Shown: positions 1-11,411, counted from the stretch's first letter. The stretch is 64,000 bases of DNA from Rickettsiales bacterium (GCA_044356525.1 JBIKVZ010000002.1:2612-66611); one strand, 5' to 3'. A program made the numbers and translations. The notes: generated by a model from the sequence alone, not told the origin.

Positions 1-403
1 TCACAAAGCACATACGCGGTACGCCGTATTTATCAGCCTGACGCCATACGGTTTCAGACTGCGGCTCTACGCCGGCCACACCGTCGAACACAGCAACGGC
101 ACCGTCGAGCACGCGGAGCGAACGCTCTACTTCAATCGTGAAGTCCACGTGACCAGGGGTGTCGATGATGTTGATGCGGTGGTCATTCCAATAGCAGGTG
201 GTCGCAGCAGAGGTAATCGTGATACCACGTTCCTGTTCCTGCTCCATCCAGTCCATGGTGGCAGCACCTTCGTGCACTTCACCGATTTTATGCGACTTAC
301 CGGTGTAATACAGGATACGCTCGGTGGTCGTGGTTTTACCAGCGTCAATGTGCGCACAGATACCGATGTTGCGGTAGCGATTTAATGGGGTCGTGCGTGG
401 CAT
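1..403 (-). CDS. fusA: elongation factor G, N-terminal part (gene continues beyond window start)
   Basis: Reverse frame from the ATG (cat at 401-403) reads [35 protein letters not shown]..., the EF-G GTPase G1 region. It lies directly downstream of rpsL-rpsG, as in the str operon. Confidence 0.93.
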   Translation of the reverse strand, partial: MPRTTPLNRYRNIGICAHIDAGKTTTTERILYYTGKSHKIGEVHEGAATMDWMEQEQERGITITSAATTCYWNDHRINIIDTPGHVDFTIEVERSLRVLDGAVAVFDGVAGVEPQSETVWRQADKYGVPRMCFV

Positions 404-438
404 GATGACTGATTACTCCAAATAACAAATTAATTAAA

Positions 439-921
<483 letters not shown>

Positions 922-1293
922 TTACTTAGGACGCTTTGCGCCGTATTTAGAACGGTTTTTCTTACGATCTTTAACACCCTGCGTATCGAGCGTACCGCGG
1001 ATGATGTGGTAACGAACACCTGGCAAGTCCTTCACACGGCCGCCGCGAATCATCACGACAGAGTGTTCTTGAAGGTTGTGGCCTTCGCCTGGAATATAGC
1101 TGGTAACTTCAAAGCCGTTCGTTAAGCGAACGCGCGCTACTTTACGCAGAGCGGAGTTCGGCTTTTTCGGGGTGGTCGTGTAGACCCTGGTGCACACGCC
1201 GCGTTTTTGCGGGCAGGCTTCCATTGCGGGGACTTTATTGCGTCGACCCTGCTTTTCCCTTGGTTTGCGCACAAGCTGGTTAATCGTTGGCAT
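922..1293 (-). CDS. rpsL: 30S ribosomal protein S12
   Basis: 123 aa. [12 protein letters not shown]...[19 protein letters not shown] is canonical S12. Confidence 0.97.
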   Translation of the reverse strand: MPTINQLVRKPREKQGRRNKVPAMEACPQKRGVCTRVYTTTPKKPNSALRKVARVRLTNGFEVTSYIPGEGHNLQEHSVVMIRGGRVKDLPGVRYHIIRGTLDTQGVKDRKKNRSKYGAKRPK

Positions 1294-1555
1294 ACAACTT
1301 TTATCCTACTAATTTTTCCCAGAAATACTGGGTTTTTAATAATACGAAGGCCATGGCACACTACGCCCTAGCCCTAAAAGAGGTGCGCATACTAGTTACG
1401 CGCTATGCCCTAGTCAAGCTAAATTTTTGGCTTTTTTTCGGGGCGCTTTTAGTGAGGCGGGCAGCGGCGGGTAGGGGCTTATGGAAAGAGGCGTAGAATC
1501 GAAATTTAAAATATTGATAAGTAGGGATTAGTTGGCAGTGTTTGGGTAAGAATAA

Positions 1556-1768
1556 CTAGACTTGCCCCTTTTTTGCCATCACATATTCCAGTTTTTGCAC
1601 GGCGATACGGGTTAATTCCGATTCCGGTGCCGAAGAGGCTCCCATAATGGCAACTTCTGTTAGGCTCACGGGGTCCATCGCGCTCACGCGGACATAGCTG
1701 CCGATGCGACGGAACTCGATGATATAATTTGTATCGTCTCGCGGTTTCATATAAGAAGCATAGCGCAT
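1556..1768 (-). CDS. small conserved hypothetical protein
   Basis: 70-aa ORF in an otherwise empty interval, with no motif I can name. Its start codon overlaps the divergent start at 1767 (CATG), so the real start may be the internal Met at 1750. Confidence 0.5.
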   Translation of the reverse strand: MRYASYMKPRDDTNYIIEFRRIGSYVRVSAMDPVSLTEVAIMGASSAPESELTRIAVQKLEYVMAKKGQV

Positions 1769-2153
1769 GACGAATTTCAGAAAAACAGCGATTATTGTTT
1801 TTGGTGTTGCGTGTGTGCTTTTGCTATTGCGAATGGGCGCGGCGATACCTGCCTCGGTGCTGGGCTTTATATTATTTGCCGTGGCATTGGCCGAGCAGTT
1901 GATGCGAATGCATTATATGCGTAAAGCTGCCACAGGTGGCGGCAAGCAGGCAGAAAAATCTGCCACTAAAACAAACAAAATGACGGAGGCTGAGGCGCGA
2001 GAAGTGCTGGGTATAACTGCCGATGCGGGGGCAAAAGAAATTAAAGCTGCACATCGGCGTTTAATCAGTAAAATACACCCCGATCATGGTGGGTCGGAGT
2101 ATCTCGCGATGCAGCTGAACACAGCACGGGATGTGCTATTAAATAAAGAATAG
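1767..2153 (+). CDS. J-domain (DnaJ-like) membrane protein
   Basis: Two N-terminal hydrophobic helices are followed by a J domain with the HPD motif (AREVLGI...AHRRLISKIHPDHGGS). Confidence 0.8.
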   Translation: MTNFRKTAIIVFGVACVLLLLRMGAAIPASVLGFILFAVALAEQLMRMHYMRKAATGGGKQAEKSATKTNKMTEAEAREVLGITADAGAKEIKAAHRRLISKIHPDHGGSEYLAMQLNTARDVLLNKE

Positions 2154-2163
2154 AAGGCGAAAA

Positions 2164-3576
2164 ATGACTGTAAATGCAAAAGGCCAGCCCAAAGGCCCTG
2201 TGATGAACCCCGGCATTTTCCGTGCCTATGATATACGCGGCATTGTGGGACAAACACTGCATGTGGAACATGCGTATGATATTGCGCGGGCACTGGCGGC
2301 TTATGTCATCGATAAAACCAAGAATAAATCTCCGCGCATTGCGCTGGGGCGTGACGGGCGCCTTTCCAGCCCAGCATTATATAAAGAGTATAGCCGCGGG
2401 CTGATTGAAAGCGGTGTGCAGGTGTTGGATGTCGGCATCGGCCCTACACCCATGCTCTATTTTGCCGTGAAACATCTGGAGTTGGATGCAGGGGTGATGA
2501 TTACCGGCTCGCACAACCCGCGCGACCATAATGGCTTTAAGATGATGCTTGCCAAGGAAACCCTGTATGGGGACGACATCCAAAAGCTAAAAGCGCGCAT
2601 TGATGCCGTGCAGTTTCATGCCGGCAAAGGCAGCATCAAGCAGGTTTCGGTGCAGGAAGACTATATTCAGGCACTCCTGAAAGCCATCAAGCCGGGCGGA
2701 AAATCCCTGAAAGTGGTGTGGGACCCAGGCAATGGTGCAGCTGGTGAGGTCACAGAGCAGTTGGTCAAATGCCTAAAAAACACCAATATGGTGTTTAATG
2801 AGGCAATTGATGGCAACTTCCCGAATCATCACCCTGACCCTTCAGAAGAAGAAAACCTCGAAGAACTGATTAGAGTGGTGAAAAAAGAAAACTATGACCT
2901 CGGCATTGCCTTTGATGGCGATGGTGACCGCGTGGGTGTGGTGGATGGCAAAGGCCGCATGGTATGGAATGACCAATTATTGGTGCTGTGGGCGCGCGAT
3001 GTGTTACAAAACCATAAAGGTGCCACCGTGATTGCGGACGTAAAAGCCAGCAAAATGCTGTTTGATGAGGTGAAGAAAGCGGGCGGCAAGCCGCTGGTGT
3101 GGAAAACAGGCCATTCGCTGATTAAAGCGAAAATGGCGGAAGAAAAAGCGTTGCTCGCAGGCGAGATGAGCGGTCATATTTTCTTTGCCGATGAGTATTA
3201 TGGCTTTGATGACGGTATTTATGCAGCGCTCAGGCTTTTGAATTATCTCGCGCACCAGGATAAGCCGCTCGCAGCGATTATTGATGCATTGCCGCAGTCT
3301 TTCAGTACACCGGAAATCCGGCTTGAATGTGCAGAGGAGCGCAAGTTCGCGATTGTGGATGAAATCAAAGCCAGTATGAAAAATAAAGGCGCAAATATCA
3401 GTGATATTGATGGCGTGCGCATCGATAGCGAAAAGGGTTGGTGGCTGGTGCGTGCTTCGAACACACAGGCGGCGCTTTCCATGCGCGTAGAAGGTGTTAA
3501 CCAAGCTGCGCTCGCAGAACTCAAAAACGAACTGACGCAGGAACTGGCGCAATGCGGCGTTACCTTAAAGTATTAA
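2164..3576 (+). CDS. phosphomannomutase/phosphoglucomutase (alpha-D-phosphohexomutase family)
   Basis: 470 aa. It has the active-site loop TGSHNP, the metal loop FDGDGDR and the sugar-binding GEMSGH motif. Confidence 0.9.
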   Translation: MTVNAKGQPKGPVMNPGIFRAYDIRGIVGQTLHVEHAYDIARALAAYVIDKTKNKSPRIALGRDGRLSSPALYKEYSRGLIESGVQVLDVGIGPTPMLYFAVKHLELDAGVMITGSHNPRDHNGFKMMLAKETLYGDDIQKLKARIDAVQFHAGKGSIKQVSVQEDYIQALLKAIKPGGKSLKVVWDPGNGAAGEVTEQLVKCLKNTNMVFNEAIDGNFPNHHPDPSEEENLEELIRVVKKENYDLGIAFDGDGDRVGVVDGKGRMVWNDQLLVLWARDVLQNHKGATVIADVKASKMLFDEVKKAGGKPLVWKTGHSLIKAKMAEEKALLAGEMSGHIFFADEYYGFDDGIYAALRLLNYLAHQDKPLAAIIDALPQSFSTPEIRLECAEERKFAIVDEIKASMKNKGANISDIDGVRIDSEKGWWLVRASNTQAALSMRVEGVNQAALAELKNELTQELAQCGVTLKY

Positions 3577-4355
3577 CTGCAGCATTATTATTGCCCTGTG
3601 CGGCCTTTGCCAGCGAGTCACATGTTCAATATAAAGGTGAGTTTACGCAAGGCGGTCTGGTGGTCGGCAGCACGCAGCCGGGTGCGAAGGTGGTTCTGGA
3701 TGGCGAGGTGGTGCAGGTTTTCCCCGACGGCACGTTTTACATCGGCTTTAGTAGAGATGCGGCAGCGGAAGCAAAAATAAAAATTGCACTGCCAAATGGT
3801 GATACTGAAGAAGCTAGGCTTTCCATTAAGCCACGTGAGTATGACATTCAGAAACTGAAACTGCCGGAAAAAATGGTGACGCCGCCAAAAGAAGTAACGG
3901 CGCGCATTGCCGAAGATAACCGCATTATCAAAGAGAAACGTCAGCGCATCAGCCAGCCTTGCCAGTTTAAGGGTGTGTTCCAAAAGCCAGCGGAAGGCAG
4001 AATTTCCGGCGTATATGGCAGCCAGCGTATTTTGAACGATAAGCCAAAAGATCCGCATATGGGGCTGGATATCGCCGCGCCAGTCGGCACGCCCGTCGTG
4101 GCGCCTGAGGCAGGTGTGGTGACGCTGGTGCGCGATATGTATTACACCGGGAACACCGTGCTTTTAGATCATGGCTGCGGCGTATTTACCGTATATGCGC
4201 ATTTGGAAAAAGTGGCAATAAAAGCCGGGCAGGTGCTTAAAGTGGGCGAGCAAATCGGCACAATGGGTGCTACGGGTCGCGCCACCGGGCCGCATCTGCA
4301 TTGGGGGCTGAATCTGGTAAACCTGCGGCTCGATCCATCACTACCCCTCCAATAA
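3552..4355 (+). CDS. M23 family metallopeptidase (secreted)
   Basis: Signal peptide MRRYLKVLTAALLLPCAAFA. LytM-type motifs HMGLDIAAPVGTPV and GPHLHWGL are present. Confidence 0.85.
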   Translation: MRRYLKVLTAALLLPCAAFASESHVQYKGEFTQGGLVVGSTQPGAKVVLDGEVVQVFPDGTFYIGFSRDAAAEAKIKIALPNGDTEEARLSIKPREYDIQKLKLPEKMVTPPKEVTARIAEDNRIIKEKRQRISQPCQFKGVFQKPAEGRISGVYGSQRILNDKPKDPHMGLDIAAPVGTPVVAPEAGVVTLVRDMYYTGNTVLLDHGCGVFTVYAHLEKVAIKAGQVLKVGEQIGTMGATGRATGPHLHWGLNLVNLRLDPSLPLQ

Positions 4356-4369
4356 TAACAAATACAAAA

Positions 4370-4390
4370 TGTGAAATATTATAATTCACA
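4370..4390. promoter_or_regulatory. 21-bp near-perfect palindrome upstream of the cys cluster (possible operator)
   Basis: TGTGAAATATTATAATTCACA has 9 of 10 arm positions complementary. It lies about 75-95 nt upstream of the cysI start in an AT-rich intergenic region. Confidence 0.3.
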
Positions 4391-4463
4391 AATATAATTG
4401 ACTATTTGTTAAAAAGGCGTATAACTAAATGTAGAAAGGCGACAACGCCAGAGGGAATCCGTC

Positions 4464-6275
4464 ATGTCTGAACAAAATGCAAAGCCGCTTTCCGGCCAGG
4501 AAGCGATTAAAACGAGCAGCGGCTTTTTAAAAGGGAATATTGCGGCTGAATTGACAGACGGTAAGCCTGATATCACCGATTCGTCTTACGAACTGCTCAA
4601 ATTCCACGGCACATATTTCGGCTATGACCGCGACTCTGCCACCGAACGTAAAAAAGCAGGACTTGATAAGAAATATGAATTCATGGTGCGCACGCGCATT
4701 CCGGGCGGTAGGCTGACAGCGGACCAGTATATCGCGATGGACGACATTGCTGAAAAATACGCCAACGGTACGCTGCGTATCACCACGCGTCAGGTGTTCC
4801 AGTTTCACGTGGTTCTGAAAGAAAATTTAAAAGCACAAATTGCAGCCATCAACCATGCTTTGCTCTCCACGCAGAGCGGCTGCGGCGATGTGGTGCGTAA
4901 TATCACCTGCAGCCCTGCGCCGATTAAGAATGTAAAATACGACCGGCTGCGTGCTGATGTGGATGCAGTAGCGGCGTTTGTGCGCCCCAAAACATCATCC
5001 TATAAAGAATTGTGGCTCGATGAAGCGGTGGATGAAATTCGTGAACGCAGCGTGGAAACGCCAGAAGTATATGAGCCGCTCTATGGTGCAACCTACATGC
5101 CGCGCAAATTCAAAATTGGCCTGATTATGCCAGAAGACAATTCGATTGACGTTTTTACGCACGACCTTGGCGTTGTACTGTTGTTTGAAGGCGAAAAACT
5201 GAAGGGCTACAACATTATGCTGGGCGGCGGCATGGGCATGAAGCACGAGGCTGCGGTGGAATGGAAAGACAAAAAAACCTATCCGCGCGTGGCGTCTGAC
5301 ATCGCCTTTGTGGGGCCAGATGATTTGATTCCCGCTGTGGAAGCTGCGGTAAAATTGCAGCGCGATTTTGGTGACCGTTCTGACCGCCAGCACGCCCGCA
5401 TTAAGTATCTTGTGGAAGAAAACGGCATTGAATGGACAAAAAAGCACTTCGGTGAATATTTCGCCAAAGCAGGCGGCAAAGTGATTAAAGAGCCCGTTTC
5501 AGGCATCACGTATCAGGTTCCCACACACATGGGTTGGCGCGAGCAGGGCGATGGTAAGTGGTATCTTGGCGTGCCGGTGGCAAGTGGCCGTGTGGTGGAT
5601 TACGACAAGCCAAATGCAAGCGGTTACAACCCCGGCACCAACCCGCATTTTGCTAAAACCCAATATCGCACAGGCCTTAGGGCAGTGATTGCGAAATATA
5701 AAATGCCGCTGGTGCTGACGCCGACGGAAGAAATTATCCTCGCGGACATTGAACCAAAAGATAAGGCGGACATTGAAGCGCTGCTGAAAAAGCATCACAT
5801 TCCGTTGGCGGAAGAGCACACGCCCTTCCAGCTACATTACATGACCTGCGTGTCGCTGCCGACCTGTGCCAAAGCATTGGCAGAGTCTGAGCGCGTGCAG
5901 TTTCAGATTGCGGATGGCATTCAGGCAGTGCTTGATAAACATGGTATTTCACGCGAGAAAATCTCTGTGCGTGTGACCGGCTGCCCAAATGGTTGTGCGC
6001 GGCCTTATGTGGGTGATATCGGTATTGTAGGCCGTATGCCCGGGCATTATGTGCTGTTCATTGGTGGTGATTTTGAAGGCACGCGCCTCAACCAAAAAGC
6101 GTTTGATAAAGTGCCGCAGGATGATTTGCCCAAAGCGCTGGACCCTATGTTTGCACTGTTTAAAGCCGAGCGAATGCCGAATGAAGGTTTCGGTGATTTC
6201 TGCCACCGTATCGGCGTAGAAAACCTAGTTGCAAAAATAAAAGGCCAATTAAGTGCCTATAAATGGGCGGCCTAA
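4464..6275 (+). CDS. cysI: assimilatory sulfite reductase hemoprotein (siroheme/4Fe-4S)
   Basis: 603 aa. It carries the nitrite/sulfite reductase cysteine cluster (CVSLPTCAKA ... VTGCPNGCARPYVG) and heads a cys gene cluster. Confidence 0.88.
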   Translation: MSEQNAKPLSGQEAIKTSSGFLKGNIAAELTDGKPDITDSSYELLKFHGTYFGYDRDSATERKKAGLDKKYEFMVRTRIPGGRLTADQYIAMDDIAEKYANGTLRITTRQVFQFHVVLKENLKAQIAAINHALLSTQSGCGDVVRNITCSPAPIKNVKYDRLRADVDAVAAFVRPKTSSYKELWLDEAVDEIRERSVETPEVYEPLYGATYMPRKFKIGLIMPEDNSIDVFTHDLGVVLLFEGEKLKGYNIMLGGGMGMKHEAAVEWKDKKTYPRVASDIAFVGPDDLIPAVEAAVKLQRDFGDRSDRQHARIKYLVEENGIEWTKKHFGEYFAKAGGKVIKEPVSGITYQVPTHMGWREQGDGKWYLGVPVASGRVVDYDKPNASGYNPGTNPHFAKTQYRTGLRAVIAKYKMPLVLTPTEEIILADIEPKDKADIEALLKKHHIPLAEEHTPFQLHYMTCVSLPTCAKALAESERVQFQIADGIQAVLDKHGISREKISVRVTGCPNGCARPYVGDIGIVGRMPGHYVLFIGGDFEGTRLNQKAFDKVPQDDLPKALDPMFALFKAERMPNEGFGDFCHRIGVENLVAKIKGQLSAYKWAA

Positions 6276-6289
6276 CAGGAGAATAAGAG

Positions 6290-6877
6290 ATGTTTCCGAT
6301 TGTATTAGATGTCGCCACTATTCCAGTGGCATTAGTGGGAAACGGCATTGCCACACTGCGCCGTTTGGAATTGCTCGATGAAGCAGGCACCAAGCACGTG
6401 ACCGTGTATGCCGATGCACCGAGCGATGAATTGCGCCAAAAGGCAGGCAGCCGTTTGGTTGAAAAACTGCCTGAAGGTAGTGATTTTCAGTTCGCTCCCG
6501 TGGTGATGATTGCCGATTTTGACGAAGAACAAACGGCAAAACTGGCTTCTGCCGCGCGTGGTGCGGGTTCGCTAGTGAATGCTGAAGACAACCGCAAATG
6601 GTGCGATTTCCATGTGCCTGCCATTGTGCGTCGTGGTGATTTGCTGCTTTCTGTTTCCACCAACGGCAAAAGCCCCCGCCTTGCGCGTGTGCTGAATCGC
6701 TGGCTTTCCGACGTGTTTGCTGAAGTATGGGCCGAGCGCCTGACGCACATTGGCACAAAACGTGCTGAATGGCGCGCTGAAGGTGCAAATATTCCGGAAC
6801 TGGCAAAAAAAACCGACGCGCTGTTAGAGCATGAAGGCTGGCTGAAAGAGCTGGATAAAAAGGTGGCACAGTTATGA
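6290..6877 (+). CDS. siroheme synthase N-terminal-type protein (precorrin-2 dehydrogenase/sirohydrochlorin ferrochelatase-like)
   Basis: 195 aa. The N-terminal Rossmann-like VALVGNGIATLRRLELL and the length resemble the CysG N-domain/Met8/SirC. It sits between cysI and cysH. Confidence 0.7.
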   Translation: MFPIVLDVATIPVALVGNGIATLRRLELLDEAGTKHVTVYADAPSDELRQKAGSRLVEKLPEGSDFQFAPVVMIADFDEEQTAKLASAARGAGSLVNAEDNRKWCDFHVPAIVRRGDLLLSVSTNGKSPRLARVLNRWLSDVFAEVWAERLTHIGTKRAEWRAEGANIPELAKKTDALLEHEGWLKELDKKVAQL

Positions 6878-7629
6878 CCGAATCGGCTCACAGCAGCGTA
6901 TCGCTTTCGCGGCTTCAGGCGTTTTACAACGACCTGGAAACCGAGAACCTTATCTTCGCGATGCTGAAAGAATTTGAGCCAGGTAGAATTGTGGCGTTTT
7001 CCTCGTTTGGTTCCTATTCCGCGCTACTGCTTTCCATGGTGGCAGCGGTAGATAAAAAAATACCAGTGCTGTTTCTAGACACAGAAAAGCACTTCAAGGA
7101 AACGGTGGAGTACGTTGAAAAACTGCGTGATGTGCTGAAGCTTGAAAATCTGCGTCTGCTAAAGCCGGATACAGAATTGCTGGCGAAGAATGACGCGGAT
7201 GGCACGCTGTGGCAGCGTCAGGTGAATCGCTGCTGCTGGCTGAGGAAGGTAGAGCCTTTGGAGCGGGAGCTAAAAGGCAATGCCATCGAAGCGGTGATTA
7301 CCGGCAGGCGCCGTTACCAGACTGGTGCGCGCGCGGAGCTGGAGAAAATAGAACTTGATGAACAGGGCCGTTTTCGGATAAACCCCATCGGTCTGTGGTC
7401 GAAAGATCAGGTAAAAGCTGAGTTTGCGCGCCGTGGCTTGCCACAACACCCGTTGGTGGAACGTGGTTACCCTTCCATTGGCTGCGAACCCTGCACCAAA
7501 GAAGTGCGCCCGGGTGAAGATGAGCGCTCAGGCCGCTGGGCACACACGGTGGAAATGCAAGGCGGCCAAAAACAGGAATGTGGCATCCACACGAGTGTTG
7601 GTGCACCAGTACAAAGTTGGGACGTATAA
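6874..7629 (+). CDS. cysH: phosphoadenylyl-/adenylyl-sulfate reductase (thioredoxin-dependent, Fe-S type motifs)
   Basis: 251 aa. C-terminal ECGIH motif, plus a CC pair (NRCCWLRKVEP) and CxxC (GCEPCT), which are typical of Fe-S-containing APS reductases. Confidence 0.88.
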   Translation: MTESAHSSVSLSRLQAFYNDLETENLIFAMLKEFEPGRIVAFSSFGSYSALLLSMVAAVDKKIPVLFLDTEKHFKETVEYVEKLRDVLKLENLRLLKPDTELLAKNDADGTLWQRQVNRCCWLRKVEPLERELKGNAIEAVITGRRRYQTGARAELEKIELDEQGRFRINPIGLWSKDQVKAEFARRGLPQHPLVERGYPSIGCEPCTKEVRPGEDERSGRWAHTVEMQGGQKQECGIHTSVGAPVQSWDV

Positions 7630-7650
7630 TTTTTTAATCAGAGAAGCGTT

Positions 7651-8505
7651 ATGGCAAAGAAAAAAGAAGTGATGGATCATCTGGATAAGCTCGAAGCGCA
7701 GAGCATGTATATCTTCCGCGAAGCCTTCAATAAAATTGACAGGCTCGCCATGCTATGGAGTTTCGGCAAAGACAGCAACGTGATGATTCACCTTGCTCGT
7801 AAAGCTTTCTATGGCAACGTGCCGTTCCCACTTATCCATTGCGATACCGAGCTGGAGTTTGATGAAGTCTATGCTTTCCGCGATAAGTATAAAAAAGAAT
7901 GGGGCATCAACCTGATTTCTGAAACCTGCCCGCCGATTGAAGAAACGGATGAAAGCCTGCCGCATTCTGCCCGCGTGGCCGCGCGCAAAACGCTGGGTCT
8001 TAAAAACGTGCTGTCGAAGCATGGGTTTGAAGGCATCATCACCGGCATTCGCCGCGATGAAGAAGGTACGCGCGCCAAAGAGCGTTATTTCTCCCCGCGC
8101 GATAAAGAAGGCCAGTGGGATGTAAAAGACCAGCCGCCGGAATTTTGGAATCAGTTCATGACCGACTTCCCGCCGGGTACGCACGTGCGCGTGCACCCGC
8201 TGCTGCACTGGACGGAGTTTGACGTGTGGCAATATATCAAGCGTGAGAACATCCCGATTGTGCCGCTCTATTTGGCACGCCAATATTTCACGCTGGAAGG
8301 CCGCGACTTCGGCGGCAAAATCATGCGCTTCCGTTCGCTTGGTGAAAAAGGCATCACGTGGCCGCTTGAGAGCCCGGCTTCTACCATTGATGAAATTATT
8401 GAAGAACTACGCACCACGAAAGTGCCGGAACGTTCCGGCCGCCCAATGGGTGCGGATGAAGACGAATCGTCCTTCGAGCGCCTCCGCGCCGCAGGGTATA
8501 TGTAA
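7651..8505 (+). CDS. cysD: sulfate adenylyltransferase subunit 2
   Basis: 284 aa. PP-loop WSFGKDSNVM and the typical CysD C-terminus ...FERLRAAGYM. An alternative start is at 7672. Confidence 0.93.
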   Translation: MAKKKEVMDHLDKLEAQSMYIFREAFNKIDRLAMLWSFGKDSNVMIHLARKAFYGNVPFPLIHCDTELEFDEVYAFRDKYKKEWGINLISETCPPIEETDESLPHSARVAARKTLGLKNVLSKHGFEGIITGIRRDEEGTRAKERYFSPRDKEGQWDVKDQPPEFWNQFMTDFPPGTHVRVHPLLHWTEFDVWQYIKRENIPIVPLYLARQYFTLEGRDFGGKIMRFRSLGEKGITWPLESPASTIDEIIEELRTTKVPERSGRPMGADEDESSFERLRAAGYM

Positions 8506-8522
8506 AATATTGAGGTACAACC

Positions 8523-10478
8523 ATGCCAGCGACTGCAAAAAAGACTGCCACGAAACCGGAAGCTGCCACGCAAGAGCGCGAGCAGCTGAAAATCGTGATT
8601 GTGGGCCACGTAGACCACGGCAAATCCACGCTTGTGGGTCGCCTATTCTATGATACGGACAGCCTGCCGGATGGCAAGTTTGACCAAATTACCGCCATGT
8701 GCAAAAAGCGCGGCATGCCGTTTGAATGGAGCTTTTTAACGGACGCGCTGCAGTCTGAGCGCGACCAAGGCATTACGGTGGATACCACGCAGATTTGGTT
8801 TAAAACCCAAAAGCGCGATTACGTGATTATCGACGCTCCGGGTCATAAAGAATTCCTGAAAAACATGGTGTCTGGCGCTGCAAATAGTGAAGCCGCACTA
8901 CTGATTATTGATGCCAAGGAAGGCGTGAAAGAACAGTCCAAACGCCATGGTTACCTGCTGCACCTCTTGGGTGTGAATCAGGTGGCAGTTGCCGTGAACA
9001 AGATGGACCTTGTGGATTATTCGGAAGAACGCTTCAACGAAATTGAAAAAGAATACCGCGCTTACCTAAAAAGCATCGGCGTAACGCCGACATTCATCAT
9101 CCCCATTTCGGCGCGTGAAGGGGATTGCATCACGCAGAAATCCAAAAACATGCCATGGTACAAAGGCCCTGCGGTGGTGGAATCGCTCGACCATTTCAAG
9201 CCAAAGCCATTTGCTACCGAGCTGGCGCTGCGCCTGCCGGTGCAAGACGTATATAAGTTCGACGAACGCCGCATCGTGGTGGGCCGCATTGAGAGCGGCA
9301 CCTTAAAGGTGGGTGATCAGCTGGTGTTTTCGCCCGGTAACAAAACCGCGAAAGTGGCATCGATTGAAACATGGCCTGACACGGCAGAAAAGAAAACGGA
9401 AGTAACTGCTGGTATGAGCGTGGGCGTGACTCTGGATGAGCAGATTTTCGTAGAACGCGGCAACATCGTGAGCCACAAAAAAGATGCGCCATTTTTAACC
9501 AACGTGTTCCGCGCTAAATTATTCTGGCTGGGCAAAAACCCACTCAAAGTAGGCAGCAAATATAAACTGAAACTTTCCACCGCTGAATATAACGTGAGCG
9601 TGAAAGCCATCGAAAAAGTGGTGGATACGGGCGATTTAAAGCATGTGGAAGCCACACAGGTGGAACGCAACAGTGTGTCGGAAGTGGTGTTTCAGGTGCG
9701 CGGCATTGCCGCACTCGACCCGTTTGAAAGCAATGACATTACTGGTCGCTTCGTGCTGATGGAAAATTACCTGATTGCAGGCGGTGGTATTATCGACCTG
9801 AAAGGGTTTGAAAACCAGCGTGCCGAAGAAGCGGTAAAATCCAAAAACATTACGGAAGTGGATTTCAACATCCGCACCGAACAGCGCGCCATTACCAACG
9901 GTCATTTGGGCGGTGTGCTTTGGTTCACGGGGCTTTCTGGTTCCGGCAAATCGACGCTTGCAAAAGAATTGCAACGCATGCTGTTTGCCAAAGGCTATCA
10001 GGTATATGTGCTAGACGGCGATAACGTGCGCCGTGGCCTGAACAAAGACCTTGGCTTTTCGCCGGAAGACCGCTCGGAAAACATCCGCCGTGTGGGCGAA
10101 GTTGCCTCGCTGTTTGCGGATGCTGGCGTGATTGTGATTACGTCCTTCATTTCACCGTATAAGGCAGATCGCCGCCATGCACGCACGGCAGCGGGCGCAG
10201 CCTATCATGGTGTGTATATCAAGGCAGATGTGGCGACCTGCGAAAAGCGCGACCCAAAGGGCCTCTATAAAAAAGCCCGTGCGGGTGAAATCAAGCAGTT
10301 TACTGGCATTGATGCACCTTATGAAGCGCCAGAGAACCCAGACCTCGTGGTGGATACCTCGAAGCTCACGGTGGAAGAATCCGTCGCGGCGCTTATGGAG
10401 TATGTGCAGAAAAATCTGGTCGACCCTGTGGAAGAACTGTGTGCACGCAGCGGTGAAATCATGGGCTCATCCATCTAA
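8523..10478 (+). CDS. cysNC: bifunctional sulfate adenylyltransferase subunit 1 / adenylylsulfate kinase
   Basis: 651 aa. N-terminal translational-GTPase motifs ([18 protein letters not shown]) and a C-terminal APS kinase P-loop (GLSGSGKST). Confidence 0.93.
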   Translation: MPATAKKTATKPEAATQEREQLKIVIVGHVDHGKSTLVGRLFYDTDSLPDGKFDQITAMCKKRGMPFEWSFLTDALQSERDQGITVDTTQIWFKTQKRDYVIIDAPGHKEFLKNMVSGAANSEAALLIIDAKEGVKEQSKRHGYLLHLLGVNQVAVAVNKMDLVDYSEERFNEIEKEYRAYLKSIGVTPTFIIPISAREGDCITQKSKNMPWYKGPAVVESLDHFKPKPFATELALRLPVQDVYKFDERRIVVGRIESGTLKVGDQLVFSPGNKTAKVASIETWPDTAEKKTEVTAGMSVGVTLDEQIFVERGNIVSHKKDAPFLTNVFRAKLFWLGKNPLKVGSKYKLKLSTAEYNVSVKAIEKVVDTGDLKHVEATQVERNSVSEVVFQVRGIAALDPFESNDITGRFVLMENYLIAGGGIIDLKGFENQRAEEAVKSKNITEVDFNIRTEQRAITNGHLGGVLWFTGLSGSGKSTLAKELQRMLFAKGYQVYVLDGDNVRRGLNKDLGFSPEDRSENIRRVGEVASLFADAGVIVITSFISPYKADRRHARTAAGAAYHGVYIKADVATCEKRDPKGLYKKARAGEIKQFTGIDAPYEAPENPDLVVDTSKLTVEESVAALMEYVQKNLVDPVEELCARSGEIMGSSI

Positions 10479-10493
10479 GTGTAACCAAAAACG

Positions 10494-11315
10494 TTGTTAT
10501 TTATGCTTATGCTCAAAACAAGTGAACCAACTCCTGTGAACCCGAATGCGCCTAGTGTGGAAAGCGTGACTGCCGTTACGCATTGGACGGATTCTCTTTT
10601 TTCATTCAGGACCACGCGCTCCGCAACCTTCCGTTTCCGTTCAGGCGAATTCGCGATGATCGGCCTTAATACGGATTCCGGCAAACCGCTGCTCCGTGCC
10701 TATTCCATGGCCAGCCCATCGTGGGAAGAGGAGTTAGAATTTTTCTCTATTAAGGTGGAAAATGGCCCACTCACTTCTAGGCTCCAGAAAATAAAGCCGG
10801 GTGATGAGATACTGGTCGGCCGGAAGCCAACCGGCACGCTGATTACGGATTCCCTAACCCCTGGGAAGCGCCTATATCTTCTTTCAACGGGCACGGGCTT
10901 TGCACCATTTGCAAGCATCATCCGCGACATGGAAACCTATGAAAAATTTGAGCAGGTGGTTGTGACGCACACCTGCAGGCAAGTGGCAGAATTAGGCTAT
11001 AGCCAGAAGGTGGTGAGTGAAACGTTGAACCATGAGTTTCTGGGCGATATCGTGAAGGGTAAGCTTACTTATTACGACAGCATTACGCGTGAAGAATACC
11101 CAAGGAAAGGACGCATTACCAACCTGATTCAGGACGGTACGCTCTTTAAAGACCTAGGTTTTGAAAGCTTCAATCCGGAAACAGACCGCGTCATGATTTG
11201 CGGCTCTAACGAGATGAACTTACAAATAAAAGCGCATCTTGATGAAATCGGGTTCAAGCAGGGTGCAAACAACGCCCCGGCGCAATATGTGATTGAAAAG
11301 GCTTTCGTGGGATAA
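10494..11315 (+). CDS. fpr: ferredoxin--NADP(+) reductase
   Basis: 273 aa. FAD-binding RAYSMAS motif and NADP-binding LLSTGTGFAPF. C-terminal ...YVIEKAFVG. Confidence 0.85.
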   Translation: MLFMLMLKTSEPTPVNPNAPSVESVTAVTHWTDSLFSFRTTRSATFRFRSGEFAMIGLNTDSGKPLLRAYSMASPSWEEELEFFSIKVENGPLTSRLQKIKPGDEILVGRKPTGTLITDSLTPGKRLYLLSTGTGFAPFASIIRDMETYEKFEQVVVTHTCRQVAELGYSQKVVSETLNHEFLGDIVKGKLTYYDSITREEYPRKGRITNLIQDGTLFKDLGFESFNPETDRVMICGSNEMNLQIKAHLDEIGFKQGANNAPAQYVIEKAFVG

Positions 11316-11411
11316 GGCGCTTACACCAGTGCCTTGACAAAGCCTCCTTGCCACACCTTAATGAACGGCTGAAAACAAAACAGTGTTCAGGAAAAGCGCA
11401 GCGTAGCAGGC

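Noticed and set aside
1766-1769. Divergent genes whose start codons overlap (CATG), leaving no intergenic promoter space.
   Set aside because: This is most likely a start-codon assignment artefact, since internal Mets are available in both ORFs. It is not evidence of anything unusual.
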